DNA from: an uncultured delta proteobacterium
Lineage (GTDB): Bacteria > Desulfobacterota > Desulfomonilia > Desulfomonilales > Desulfomonilaceae
Assembly: GCA_963789265.1 (NCBI GenBank)
Contig: CAWBKB010000005.1
Span: 32,001-96,000, forward strand
Direction: 5' to 3'
DNA length: 64,000 nt
Each line of letters opens with the position of its first letter. Positions within the stretch are counted from its first letter, which is position 1. The translations under genes were made by a program, and so were the position numbers. This document shows positions 19,849-31,712 of this stretch, in pieces. Below the pieces are notes generated by a model. It saw nothing but the letters and a program-made list of their open reading frames with translations. It ran no database searches and was not told the origin of the DNA.

Positions 19849-20148
19849 CTAGTAGCCTTGCAGGAAATCAGCCAGGATGTCGACCGATTGCTTTTCAACG
19901 ATCTTGTCGAAGATCTTGTCCTTGACCTCCTTGGGGAGGAGTTCGATGCTCTTTGTAGTGGCACTATCGAATTTAGCCGTCGGAAAAGTCTTCAGAATCT
20001 TCTCCTTCTGAGCGTCGTTGGCATAGACCCGAAGTACTTTCAAACCTGCAAGCATCTCTTCCGGCAAGTCGGCAAGTCCGGCCTTTTGAAGTTTTGAGTA
20101 TCTGTCCTCATTGATCCAGATATTAATCGGATATTTTTCTTCGGCCAT
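19849..20148 (-). CDS. Conserved small protein co-transcribed with sat (possibly DUF6955)
   Basis: AGGAGG RBS overlapping the sat stop; 99 aa; FPTAKFDSATTKSIELLP. The family name is from recall. Confidence 0.7.
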   Translation of the reverse strand: MAEEKYPINIWINEDRYSKLQKAGLADLPEEMLAGLKVLRVYANDAQKEKILKTFPTAKFDSATTKSIELLPKEVKDKIFDKIVEKQSVDILADFLQGY

Positions 20149-20159
20149 GTTGTAACCTC

Positions 20160-21416
20160 CTACTTCAGGGGCGGGATTTCGAAAACAGGAATCCTCTTTT
20201 CGAGATAGGTGTCGGTAACGAACGGGGAGCCAAAACCATATTTTTCCCCGCATTCAATCATTACGTCAAACACTTCGGGTCTATAAATGAGGCGCGGCGG
20301 TTTGACGCCGTCCTGCACGATACTTCTCATTACTGTTCCACTAAATTTCTGCCATTCTTTCTTGTGATCGCAAATGCCTTCGGAAGTTATTTCTCCACAG
20401 TGAGGGCAGTATAGCCAATTCATGGAATAAACCGGCGTGATTTTAAGCTCGTCTTGGACCGTGGCCAAAAGATGATGAGCGTCGTACGCGCCATAGTAAG
20501 TCCCCACCCCGGCGTGATCCCTGCCATACATGTGATGAGTGAGGCCGAGGTTGGTTCTGAGAGCCGCATGGAATATTGCTTCTTTGGGGCCGGCGTACCT
20601 CATATCCCAGAATGTAAGTGAGGTCAGGTGGTTATGGTCGCCGAAATATCCCGCTTTTCTTAGTTCGTCATGCGTAAGGATTATAGCTTCGTCGATGTAA
20701 TCGCCCTTGCGCTTTTCGCCGATGATCGCGTTTACCAAAACCCCAACGAGAGGCTTTTCGATCGGAAGCTCCGCGTATGTCTGCAACCAAGCGCCTTTCA
20801 TGAGCCATTCATGTCCGGTATGGGGAACATTCCTGGTCTGATGAGCTACAATCCTTTCCCAGCCCTTCTCTTTGAACCGCTTTCTCATTTCAAGCGGGGG
20901 TATGAAATAAGGATCGTATGGAGCATTGATTTTTGGACGTTGCACGAGAGTCACTTTTCCGCCTACGAATTTATCCTTGCAATCGTAGACTCGAGCGCAG
21001 CCAGGGTGCTTTGCCTCATCGGTTCCGAAAATCGCCTTACACATGGCTTTCTTGTCGTAATCGAATATCTCTTCGATTTCGAAAATTGCCATGGGATTGC
21101 CGCCATAGGTCAGCACAACTGAATTGCCCGCCTTCAGGTTGTACTTGGCGATCTCCTCATCGGAGACGTCGAAGAGGAGAGGAATGCTCCAAACAACTCC
21201 ATTGGTCAGCCTCATGTTCTTGCACACGGAGTCCACGTCGGCCCTGTTCATGAAGCCTTCGATGGGTGTGAAGTATCCATAAGTCAACCCTATGACTTCA
21301 TTTGCAATCTGACTCCGGATCGGAATTTGGGTAAGACCCTTAATCTTCTTGGCAGCCTGCGTGGGCTCCAGTATCCGCTCTACAATCTGTTTTCCACCGT
21401 GACCTATTTCCGCCAT
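20160..21416 (-). CDS. sat: Sulfate adenylyltransferase (ATP sulfurylase)
   Basis: QTRNVPHTGHE (HxGH), MRYAGPKEAIFHA, GRDHAGVG, CPHC...CDH zinc site, FSGT. Confidence 0.95.
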   Translation of the reverse strand: MAEIGHGGKQIVERILEPTQAAKKIKGLTQIPIRSQIANEVIGLTYGYFTPIEGFMNRADVDSVCKNMRLTNGVVWSIPLLFDVSDEEIAKYNLKAGNSVVLTYGGNPMAIFEIEEIFDYDKKAMCKAIFGTDEAKHPGCARVYDCKDKFVGGKVTLVQRPKINAPYDPYFIPPLEMRKRFKEKGWERIVAHQTRNVPHTGHEWLMKGAWLQTYAELPIEKPLVGVLVNAIIGEKRKGDYIDEAIILTHDELRKAGYFGDHNHLTSLTFWDMRYAGPKEAIFHAALRTNLGLTHHMYGRDHAGVGTYYGAYDAHHLLATVQDELKITPVYSMNWLYCPHCGEITSEGICDHKKEWQKFSGTVMRSIVQDGVKPPRLIYRPEVFDVMIECGEKYGFGSPFVTDTYLEKRIPVFEIPPLK

Positions 21417-21578
21417 ATTTTTTTCTCCTTTCTTCACCTTAAAGCCTTAACTTGACTTTAGGAAGAAGTCCTTTAGGGCTTCAAGAAGCTGCATCAGCCT
21501 CAGTACGATGCTCTCACTCCGCCCCATAACGTTTCAGAAGATGGAATGAAACTGCAATGATAGTCGCGAAAGTGGTTT

Positions 21579-21607
21579 ACTGTAGTGAAACTGCGGCCTT
21601 CTGTCAA
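21579..21607 (-). promoter_or_regulatory. Sigma70-type promoter for sat
   Basis: Minus strand TTGACA-17 bp-TACAGT, about 160 nt upstream of the start codon. Confidence 0.6.
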
Positions 21608-21894
21608 GACCAAAAACTCTTACGCATTTGGCAAGCTGGACTCTCAGTGCCTCGATCCCTTGCATTCGGGAGCAGAATAATATTCTGGAAGAGCCGTTGT
21701 CGACACGACTGTTTCACACTGCTCGAAAAACGCTGCGATTATTCCTGCTCCGTATTTCACACAGACTGAATTGGACCAGGACAACAAACAGTCCGGTTGC
21801 ATGCTTCCGGACACATAGTCTTGAACCCTGTTCCCGAAACGCAGTAAATGCGGTCACCTGCGCACACCACAAGGGTTCATTTCAACGAATAGGC

Positions 21895-22815
21895 TCAGCG
21901 TCTCGCGGTTAGCAATTCCGGTACCCGCCAATGTGCGCGCACCGGGCCCATTGGGGAGTCGCTGAAACGCTTCGCAACTGAAATCCCGCAGAGTTCCTTG
22001 GGACAGAAATACGCCAGCGGGTTGTACATCTTATTTGTTACACGAACCTCCAGGTGGAGATGCGGACCCGTTGAACGTCCGGTGTTTCCCACAAGAGCGA
22101 TCTTCTGGCCGCGGCGTACCCACTGGTTCCTCTTGACCTTGATCGCGCTCACATGCGCATAATACGTGTAAACACCCCGACCGTGATCGATGAGGACCGT
22201 GTTGCCATAACGACGAAATCTCTTCCGGCTTCCTGCGAAAACGACACGTCCGGCCGCGCAGGCTAGTACGGGTCGTCCAATTGGCGCTGCGATGTCGAGT
22301 CCTGTGTGAAAACGGCCCCATCGGTAACCGAATGGAGAAGTGAGAACTCCTCCAATCACAGGAAATCTGAGTTCCGGAACAATGGGGTCTCGCTTGCCTC
22401 GGATGGCGGCTGAAAGCTTGAAGTTGCTATGCCTCCTGATCGCCGAGCTTGCCATTGCTCCTTTTCTCCATCCCAAACTTTGTTCGTCATCCGCGAGCAG
22501 CGCCTCGGCAGGAAGGAACACCTCGTCTCCCTTCTTAAGAACGTAAGGTGGGAGGATCCTGTTGATTTTGGCTACCTTAGCCAGATCAAGTCCGTAAACA
22601 ACACAAATGTGTCGCAGGCTTTCTCCCGCTGAGACGATATGAAACGCCCCTTCTTTTTTGGGAGTAGCCGATGATGAATTCCTTTTGGCGATATCAACTT
22701 TTTGATGAGAAGTGGATTTTAAATCAGGAGTCTTTTTGACTATTCCAAAGCAAGTTGAACAGGAAGCAAATAGAGGCAGGAGAATCGCCGCAAACCATTT
22801 GACTCTACGATCCAT
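21895..22815 (-). CDS. LysM + M23 family metallopeptidase
   Basis: LysM segment (HIVSAGESL...), HTGLD, YAH, TGPHLHLE. Confidence 0.92.
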   Translation of the reverse strand: MDRRVKWFAAILLPLFASCSTCFGIVKKTPDLKSTSHQKVDIAKRNSSSATPKKEGAFHIVSAGESLRHICVVYGLDLAKVAKINRILPPYVLKKGDEVFLPAEALLADDEQSLGWRKGAMASSAIRRHSNFKLSAAIRGKRDPIVPELRFPVIGGVLTSPFGYRWGRFHTGLDIAAPIGRPVLACAAGRVVFAGSRKRFRRYGNTVLIDHGRGVYTYYAHVSAIKVKRNQWVRRGQKIALVGNTGRSTGPHLHLEVRVTNKMYNPLAYFCPKELCGISVAKRFSDSPMGPVRAHWRVPELLTARR

Positions 22816-22853
22816 GCCTTCTCCAGGGAGAACATCCAATGCATTAGAGCGCC

Positions 22854-22882
22854 ATTTTATCGTTGTTTGACAATAATGTCAA
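22854..22882 (-). promoter_or_regulatory. Sigma70 promoter of the M23 gene, overlapped by a TTGACA-N4-TGTCAA palindrome
   Basis: Minus strand TTGACA-17 bp-TAAAAT; palindrome at 22867-22882. Confidence 0.6.
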
Positions 22883-23104
22883 TTAAAAAAGGGTATAGTG
22901 GTTATTTATGAATGTATATTCTATTTTATTGGTGTAACTTGTTGTCGAGGAAAGGCCGACGGAGACACACAGGCCGGGAAAAGGCGGTGACAATTCTTAT
23001 CTGCGTCTGTGTGTCTCGTCGTTTGCTAACGAACGAGTCTGGCCATTGGAATCCGGCAGCAGGCAAACTTCCGGCAAAACGGCAAAGTTCGTTTTTCCAA
23101 CCGA

Positions 23105-23557
23105 TCATTTCCCGGGGGTCGGTGCGCCCTTGCCAGGAATGGGCAGTTTGGCGGTGTCGTTAGCCTTTTGATTCCCCTGAGGGCCCTGCTTGGCCACCAG
23201 CCCTGAAAGTTGTTGTTTGACGCTGCCAAGCTCGTCCTTGTACTCTTTCATCTGCCTGGAAAGATTCGCGTCGGCATTCTTTTTGATCTGGTTCTTCTGG
23301 TTCTGCAACGTGGCAATGTGTGCATCCAGTTGGACTCTTTGCTTCACAAGGCTATCAATTGAAGCCGCTATCGCCTTCATTTGTGGGTCCAAACCCTGTG
23401 CGCTCTGCAGTTCGGCCTGATTGATCTGGCTTTGTATGCGGTCGAATTTTTGTTTGAGCAGAGTGATCTGGCTCGAAAAGTCTTGGGCATAGCAGGTCAG
23501 GCAAAGCGCCACTGCAAGAATTGAAAGAGTCATCGTCAGGACGACCATCTTCTTCAT
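23105..23557 (-). CDS. Hypothetical secreted coiled-coil protein
   Basis: GAGGAG RBS, signal peptide, Gln/Lys-rich heptads. Confidence 0.7.
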   Translation of the reverse strand: MKKMVVLTMTLSILAVALCLTCYAQDFSSQITLLKQKFDRIQSQINQAELQSAQGLDPQMKAIAASIDSLVKQRVQLDAHIATLQNQKNQIKKNADANLSRQMKEYKDELGSVKQQLSGLVAKQGPQGNQKANDTAKLPIPGKGAPTPGK

Positions 23558-23964
23558 CGCTCAGCTCCTCTTCCGTAGATTTGAGACCACGGGTCTCCTT
23601 CCTCGGGGGACATTCATATCATAGACGTCAGAGAATGCAACCATATTTTTAATAATAATGCCAAAAGGTTCTATTTGAAACGATAACCAACACTTTAATT
23701 ACGTGCCTTGCACAGCCCTTCAAATCCGCGCTGACGGGCTTGAGATGCACCGTTCATTTCTTCTCCAAAAAGCCCCTCTCCACAGAGCCCAAAAGAGCGC
23801 GCATCATCCATTTAAACTTTCGCATTCCCCGGCCCGTCGACCGGCATTTTTTGTTTACTTTCATCTAGTCTGATGGTAGAGATGCGGCCTGAGCGGTAAA
23901 TCCGGCCTATCTTTCGTACGGTTAATCGGGAAAGACCGGTTTACTGTGTAAATCCGCCTGTGCG

Positions 23965-25293
23965 GTGGTTTATAGAGGAGGCTTCCCGTCTTGCTTGGCC
24001 GGCGCCATCAGATTGATTCCCCCCTTGCCTGCCGGTTTCTTATTAATTTTATTGACCGCCTGCGGTTTTCTACCCAATTTGTGTCAAGCGGCCCTCACCA
24101 TCCCTGGCGAAGGTGGACACGGCCTTTTTTACGTGATCACCCATCTCAACCCTGTCGCTTACGTCGTTCTCTTTCTCGTAGCCGTTCTGTCCCTAATCAA
24201 TCTGATTGTCCAGGGCTGGATACCGTTGAGATCATGGCCGTTCCCTTCGTTTGTGACCCTCCCCCCCCGGCTCCGCAACAGAACCGATCAAGGTTCGGCA
24301 GGCCAAGGCATGAAAAGAGCGGGAATTCATTCAGCCGGAAAGGATGAGCTGGGTAAGCCGAGCAAAGCCCGCGGACATCCAGTGAGTAGACAGGCGGCTG
24401 AGGATGGGATCGTTAATATTCGCCGCGTCGGTCGGGTTCCGGATGGCCGGGCGGCAGTGAAGATCCCTACGCCGCTGGAAGGGATCAACCACCCGTTGCC
24501 GCAATTTTCCCGTGCTACGGATCCCCCGACTGGTAGCCCGAGGATCCTTGAGCGAGAACAGGATCAAAAACGGCACGGCACGGAATTCAAGTTTTCTTCC
24601 GCGGTAGATTTGGTTCCGCAGGAAGAAATAGGCCGCCGTGAAAAAGACCAATTAGTCGTTTCCGGCACCGTGACCGGACCGGACGGCTGTGGGGTAGCCT
24701 CTGTAATGGTATATTTGGTAGATCAAGCGGGCAACCGAGTGGGACAGTCGTCTCGCTCCGCCCGCGACACTGGGGAATTTAAAGTGTTGGTCAACGAACC
24801 GGGCAAGTACGTGCTCAGCGGGTATAAAAGAGGGTACATAACGGAGAGCAGAGAACCGCTGATATTGCCGTTTGAATCGGGAAAGATCGAAGGATTCAAT
24901 CTTCGTATGTTACCGGAGGGTTGCCTGGTCCACGGCCGCGTTCTTGTCGAGGGGGGGAAAGAAGGCGCCCGTGGTTTGGAGGTCAGATGCGTTTGTGGAG
25001 ACGGCGCTTTTTCCCGTTCGGATCGCTCTGACTCGGCAGGAGAATTCAGAATTTCCGGAGTGCCGCTGACATCCAAATGTTTTATCGAGGTTTGCGGAAC
25101 GGGGGACGAGGTCCTGGCCAGGTCTGCCCCCTTCCAGACGCTCCACAAGAAAGAAGTGTATCGAGAGATCGCCATCACGCCCTTTCCGACTTCCGGGAAA
25201 ACTTCGACTGCAACTGCCGATTCAACCGATGTGCGGGATGATGATACAGGGCAAGGCGGAGAAAGCGCGCAGCTCACCTCGCAGGGCCCATAA
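23965..25293 (+). CDS. Membrane protein with two carboxypeptidase-regulatory-like beta-sandwich domains
   Basis: TM segments, a low-complexity linker, then VSGTVTGPDG...GEFKV...PGKY and VHGRVL...GEFRISGVP. Start uncertain. Confidence 0.7.
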   Translation: MVYRGGFPSCLAGAIRLIPPLPAGFLLILLTACGFLPNLCQAALTIPGEGGHGLFYVITHLNPVAYVVLFLVAVLSLINLIVQGWIPLRSWPFPSFVTLPPRLRNRTDQGSAGQGMKRAGIHSAGKDELGKPSKARGHPVSRQAAEDGIVNIRRVGRVPDGRAAVKIPTPLEGINHPLPQFSRATDPPTGSPRILEREQDQKRHGTEFKFSSAVDLVPQEEIGRREKDQLVVSGTVTGPDGCGVASVMVYLVDQAGNRVGQSSRSARDTGEFKVLVNEPGKYVLSGYKRGYITESREPLILPFESGKIEGFNLRMLPEGCLVHGRVLVEGGKEGARGLEVRCVCGDGAFSRSDRSDSAGEFRISGVPLTSKCFIEVCGTGDEVLARSAPFQTLHKKEVYREIAITPFPTSGKTSTATADSTDVRDDDTGQGGESAQLTSQGP

Positions 25294-25393
25294 TTTCAAT
25301 GGCTTGTCGCGATTCATTGTTCACGATTTGACTTTGGAGACCGCTTCTCATACGACTTTCTTGTACTGAGAGATTTCATGAAATTTGGCACTG

Positions 25394-26185
25394 CTAACCA
25401 TCAAATAGAACCGCCCGGACTTCCACTTTCTCTTTGAGTTTTCCGACCACCATCCTTTGTATCCGGGTATTTGCAGTGGATAGGCTGGCTTCCAGCTCTT
25501 CTGCCCACGATTCGTCAGATCCGAGCAGGTCCAACTTGTTCAGAAAAGGCACGACACGTGCCTTCTCCGGAACATTCTTCAGTGCCCCTTCGGGATGGCT
25601 CAAAAGTCTGACCACTGCACCCGGCGTGATCATTTCACCTCGATTAACACCGCTGACGGACAGGAATTTCTCCAGCCGAAAGACCCATTTTTCAGTGGCC
25701 GGCTTTCCAATGCTGTCGAGACCGACCACAGGAATGACAAGATCGGCAAAGTCAGGGATCATCGGTTCCCATGCCTCTGGCGCTTTGATCGGGTGCCCGG
25801 ATGCTCCGTCAGCCTCAATCAATACTCGATATGCGACAACCAGGCAGCGCCTGAGGGTTTCATTTGAGATTCCTCGGAGCTTGCCGCTCTCATGATCGTG
25901 AGATTGGGCTACCGTGACATGCTCGTATTCAGAGAGACGGCCTGGAAGCGAGGCGAGTTCCGGGTCATGCTCCACCAAAATCAAGCAAGGGGATTCGTGG
26001 GTCTTCGGCGGTAGGATCTTGGTGGTGGTTGTGGTGAGCACCTTTTCGTGGCGTGTCACCATTTCCCTGGCTAGGGCATACATGAGCGAAGTCTTCCCCC
26101 CCGCTCCCACCAAGGCGACTGTGCGGACCGTCGAGTCTATATCAAAACAGTCCAGAAGAGACTTTTTGTCCGAAGATATGGCCAC
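25394..26185 (-). CDS. yqeC: Selenium-dependent molybdenum hydroxylase accessory protein YqeC
   Basis: VGAGGKTS, TTTTKI, LIEADGA, KAP...EP, FLNKLD. Confidence 0.85.
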   Translation of the reverse strand: MAISSDKKSLLDCFDIDSTVRTVALVGAGGKTSLMYALAREMVTRHEKVLTTTTTKILPPKTHESPCLILVEHDPELASLPGRLSEYEHVTVAQSHDHESGKLRGISNETLRRCLVVAYRVLIEADGASGHPIKAPEAWEPMIPDFADLVIPVVGLDSIGKPATEKWVFRLEKFLSVSGVNRGEMITPGAVVRLLSHPEGALKNVPEKARVVPFLNKLDLLGSDESWAEELEASLSTANTRIQRMVVGKLKEKVEVRAVLFDG

Positions 26186-26188
26186 GAA

Positions 26189-26536
26189 TCAGATCCAAGG
26201 TGGCGTCAGGCCATACCTAATTCGAAACGACGCGGCGTTTCCCGAGACAATCATGGGCCCCTTGCACGGCTGATACTTGTAAAACTTTAGGACATAGGTG
26301 CCTCTGTCCCCTATGTCGTAGCACTTGGTTCGGTTGCCCCAGGTAACCCACACTTTAAAGCGATCCAGCAATTCATACGGAGGATTACACCTGATATCAA
26401 AAACCTGCACGTATACGGGACCGACGTAGCCTTCCGGCCAATTGATGAAGTATCTGGTTCCCCGTGCAGACGACGGGGTTGGTGCCACCATGATGACCAA
26501 TGCCAAAATTATCGAACGACAAATCCATTTGCTCAT
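26189..26536 (-). CDS. Hypothetical small secreted protein
   Basis: GAGGA RBS, signal peptide, beta-rich body; abuts yqeC. Confidence 0.55.
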   Translation of the reverse strand: MSKWICRSIILALVIMVAPTPSSARGTRYFINWPEGYVGPVYVQVFDIRCNPPYELLDRFKVWVTWGNRTKCYDIGDRGTYVLKFYKYQPCKGPMIVSGNAASFRIRYGLTPPWI

Positions 26537-26639
26537 GTCAGTTCCTCTCGCATGATCGCCGATCATCTGGAGAAATGTCATCGAAAATATATCACAAATA
26601 ACATTAAGTTGGAAGTATTTTTTGATGTGTTTTGCTAGG

Positions 26640-26878
26640 TCAGCGTTCGGTCGGTTCAGTTGCGCCCATTTCGGGCGGCCTTGATGACTCGGCTCCGAGA
26701 TTTGGATTCAGGCTGTCGAAGAGTGCGATTTGATCCTGTATGGACATCCTGCAATTGGCCTTGGCGCCCCCCCGGGAGCGGCAGGTCCTGCAACGCGTCC
26801 AGTACAATTCTGACACATTTTGCAGTCCGGGCACTGACGTTTACCGGACGAGACCTTATTTGAAAGAGATTGCATCAT
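26640..26878 (-). CDS. Small Cys-rich putative metal/Fe-S binding protein, split by a 1-bp deletion near 26800
   Basis: Joining two frames gives CPDCKMCQNCTxTRCRTC...MSIQDQIALFDSLN. Confidence 0.55.
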
Positions 26879-26937
26879 GGCGCCTGTCATGCTAGTTTAA
26901 CAACTCTTTCCAGCCTGTCAAACACAAAGAGAGTTTC

Positions 26938-27831
26938 ATGAATTCCGTTGCCGTTAAAGAGACTTACTTGTCCCCAATCGTCCTCGTTGGCAGGGGCAAG
27001 GTGAGAGACATCTACACGATTGAAGACAAGCTTCTTATCGTCTGCACCGATCGGCTGTCGGCCTTTGACGTCGTTCTTCCGGATCCTATCCCGGATAAAG
27101 GAAAGGTCCTCAATCAGCTCAGCCTGTTCTGGATGGCCAAGACGCGCCACATAGTCGCGAATCATGTCGTTTCAGCAAATGTAAACGACTATCCGCGGGA
27201 ATGCGGAAGGTTTGCGGAAGTGCTGGAAGGTCGAAGCATGCTAGTGCGTAAGGCCCAAGTTTTCCCTCTGGAATGTGTTGCCCGCGGATACCTCATCGGT
27301 AGTGGTTGGAAGGATTACAAGAGGACTGGAAAAGTCTGTGACATCCCTTTGCCGGCCGGACTTAAACAGGCCGAAAAGCTCCCTGAGCCTATCTTCACAC
27401 CGTCTACCAAGGCCGAGCTTGGAGATCATGACGAAAACATTTCATTTAGTCGGGCCGTGGACCTGGTTGGGGAAGAAACTGCGCGGTGGCTGCGGGATAA
27501 GACGATAGAACTCTACCTACAGGGTTCCCGATGGGCAGAGGAGCGCGGCATTATCGTAGCGGACACGAAGTTCGAATTCGGAATAGTGAATGGAGTTCCG
27601 ACTTTGATAGACGAAGTTCTCACACCGGATTCCTCTCGTTTTTGGCCGATGGATGGATACCGTGTCGGAATTTCCCCCCCTTCGCTGGACAAGCAATTCG
27701 TTAGAGACTACTTGGAAGGCATCGCCTGGGATAAGAAAGCCCCCGCACCTAGTCTGCCTGCGGAAATCATCACCAAGACCAGGGCTAGGTACCTGGATAT
27801 TTATCGGATTATTACTGGGAGCAATTTGTGA
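26938..27831 (+). CDS. purC: SAICAR synthetase
   Basis: GKVRDIY, DRLSAFDV, ECVARGY, ADTKFEFG, DEVLTPDSSRFW, DKQFVRD. Confidence 0.97.
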   Translation: MNSVAVKETYLSPIVLVGRGKVRDIYTIEDKLLIVCTDRLSAFDVVLPDPIPDKGKVLNQLSLFWMAKTRHIVANHVVSANVNDYPRECGRFAEVLEGRSMLVRKAQVFPLECVARGYLIGSGWKDYKRTGKVCDIPLPAGLKQAEKLPEPIFTPSTKAELGDHDENISFSRAVDLVGEETARWLRDKTIELYLQGSRWAEERGIIVADTKFEFGIVNGVPTLIDEVLTPDSSRFWPMDGYRVGISPPSLDKQFVRDYLEGIAWDKKAPAPSLPAEIITKTRARYLDIYRIITGSNL

Positions 27832-28191
27832 CTCACTCCGAGCGACTTCCCAGACCTATAACGGAGATGCGCGCCTCGATGTGTGTAACCTCCTGAACGC
27901 GCTTCTCAGCATCCCGCATCGTCTGCTCAGACCGGTGTGCGAGGGTTCGTGGAGAGAGCGAGCAATCAGCTCACGATCTCCGCGTCTGTCCGGTTCCAAC
28001 TTTGTATTATTATTCAGCTAGTTACTCCAAGGGAACATCTGCAAAACTCAGCTTGACATTGACTATGTTCCGTTAGAGATTACCCCCGTTATTTCATGCG
28101 CAGGTATCCGTGGATGGCTTGAGGAAGCAGCCACTCGGCATTAATATAGAAAAGGATGCCCGCGACATTCCCCCTTTTACGATTTCCGTAA

Positions 28192-29943
<1,752 letters not shown>

Positions 29944-30104
29944 CCGGGCCGAGGCTAAGGAACGCCCGCAAGATTCTTTTGAAACTGGCTGCCGGAGACA
30001 TCCCTTTAGCTAAAGTCCCCTCCGACACATTGCGTTTTCTCCTTGAGTTACGAGATCATGGAATATTGTTCCCAACGGGTGTTTGCGGTTCTGGGAGGAG
30101 CAAG

Positions 30105-31514
30105 ATGGATAATCCCGGGACAGTTCGTACAGCTTTGCGCGTGGGTGATTATCGCCTTGACACGGACCGACTGTTCTTCGTTCTGGGCCCATGCGTGATA
30201 GAAAGTGAGGAACTGACACTTCATGTAGCACAGGAAGTTGCCCGTATATGCGGGACCACAGGCGTCCCTGCCGTTTTCAAGGCATCCTTTGACAAGGCGA
30301 ACCGCACTTCAGTGGACTCTTATCGTGGACCGGGCTTAAAGCAGGGGCTCGCGATTCTCGCTGCCGTCAGAGAGAAAACAGGGCTCCCTATAGTCTCGGA
30401 CATTCATACTCCGGACCAGGCGCCCTTGGCGGGAGAAATTCTCGATATAATCCAGATCCCGGCCTTCCTCAGCCGACAAACCGATCTCCTGATAGCAGCG
30501 GGGCGTACCGGACGGGTAGTAAATATCAAGAAAGGGCAGTTTCAGGCGCCGGAGGACTTACAGTACGCGATCAAGAAAGTCCTCAGCACCGGGAACAACA
30601 ACATCCTCATCACGGAGCGCGGATCAAGCTTCGGATACCGGGACCTCGTTGCGGACATGCGATCTATACCGCGTATGAAACGGTTCGGATTTCCGATAAT
30701 ATTCGATGCCACTCATTCCGCTCAATTTCCCGGTGACAATGATGGTTGCTCGGGAGGAGATCGATCCTTCGTGGCGCCTCTGGCTAGGGCCGCGGTTGCT
30801 GCGGGGACGGACGGCGTCTTTATGGAGGTTCACCCCGATCCTGAACACGCTCTTTGCGATGGCCCCAATTCACTGGCTTTGTCCGATCTTCAAGCATTGG
30901 TCTCAAATCTGGTTGCGATCCATGAGGTGATTTCGGCCTCCTCTCTGAATACCTCGGACTTTCTTACTCACACCCAGACAGAAGCACCAAGGAATCCCGT
31001 GCAAGAAAATTTACGAAGGACCCGTTTGATAATTTTTGATGTGGACGGAGTGTTGACTGACGGCAGAATAACTTTTGGCAGCGGGGGCCTTGAGATAAAA
31101 TCCTTTAATGTTAGAGACGGACATGGTATAAAGATTGCTAAGAGGTGCGGCATTTACATCGCCCTGGTCACTGGAAGAACTTCCGAAGTTGTTCACAGGC
31201 GTGCCCAGGATCTAGGAATTGAAAAGGTGTTTCAGGGCGTTTGGGACAAGAAGCCGGTGCTTGACCAACTTCTTACCGAGTTCAATTTGACGCCCGATCA
31301 GGTGGCGGTCATGGGTGACGATGTCGTCGACATACCGCTGATGCAGAGGGCAGGAGTGGGATTTACGGTCCCGGAAGCACCTGAGGAAGTCCGTCGTGAA
31401 GCTGACTACATAACGCAACACCAAGGCGGTAAGGGAGCTGCAAGAGAGATGATCGAGATCATCCTGAAAGCCCAAGGCAAATGGGAAGCCGCCCTGGCCA
31501 GGTATCGTGAGTAA
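30105..31514 (+). CDS. kdsA: Fusion of KDO8P synthase (KdsA) and KDO8P phosphatase (KdsC)
   Basis: GGAGGAG RBS; KASFDKANRTS, QIPAFLSRQT, KKGQF, DATHS, EVHPDP; then in frame DVDGVLTDG, GDDVVD, GGKGAARE (HAD). Confidence 0.92.
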   Translation: MDNPGTVRTALRVGDYRLDTDRLFFVLGPCVIESEELTLHVAQEVARICGTTGVPAVFKASFDKANRTSVDSYRGPGLKQGLAILAAVREKTGLPIVSDIHTPDQAPLAGEILDIIQIPAFLSRQTDLLIAAGRTGRVVNIKKGQFQAPEDLQYAIKKVLSTGNNNILITERGSSFGYRDLVADMRSIPRMKRFGFPIIFDATHSAQFPGDNDGCSGGDRSFVAPLARAAVAAGTDGVFMEVHPDPEHALCDGPNSLALSDLQALVSNLVAIHEVISASSLNTSDFLTHTQTEAPRNPVQENLRRTRLIIFDVDGVLTDGRITFGSGGLEIKSFNVRDGHGIKIAKRCGIYIALVTGRTSEVVHRRAQDLGIEKVFQGVWDKKPVLDQLLTEFNLTPDQVAVMGDDVVDIPLMQRAGVGFTVPEAPEEVRREADYITQHQGGKGAAREMIEIILKAQGKWEAALARYRE

Positions 31515-31712
31515 GGTGAAGAAGCGCCTTGATTGCCGCTTCAGTGGTATGGTCCAAACTGGTGATTGGCACATACATAAGATATCGGATGTTACACAGC
31601 CCTGGGCTCACAGTACGGCTCTTGTTTGAGGCCCTGAGGTAAAGGAGACCGTATCACTGTGGGAACGAATACGCCAAGGTTGCGATCTCCCGGTGGACGC
31701 CGGGTAGATATC

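Noticed and set aside
23055..23100. GGCAAA repeats suggesting a c-di-GMP-I riboswitch
   Set aside because: Lacks the GAAA-tetraloop stem and GACGCAAAGC core, and the orientation does not fit a downstream gene.
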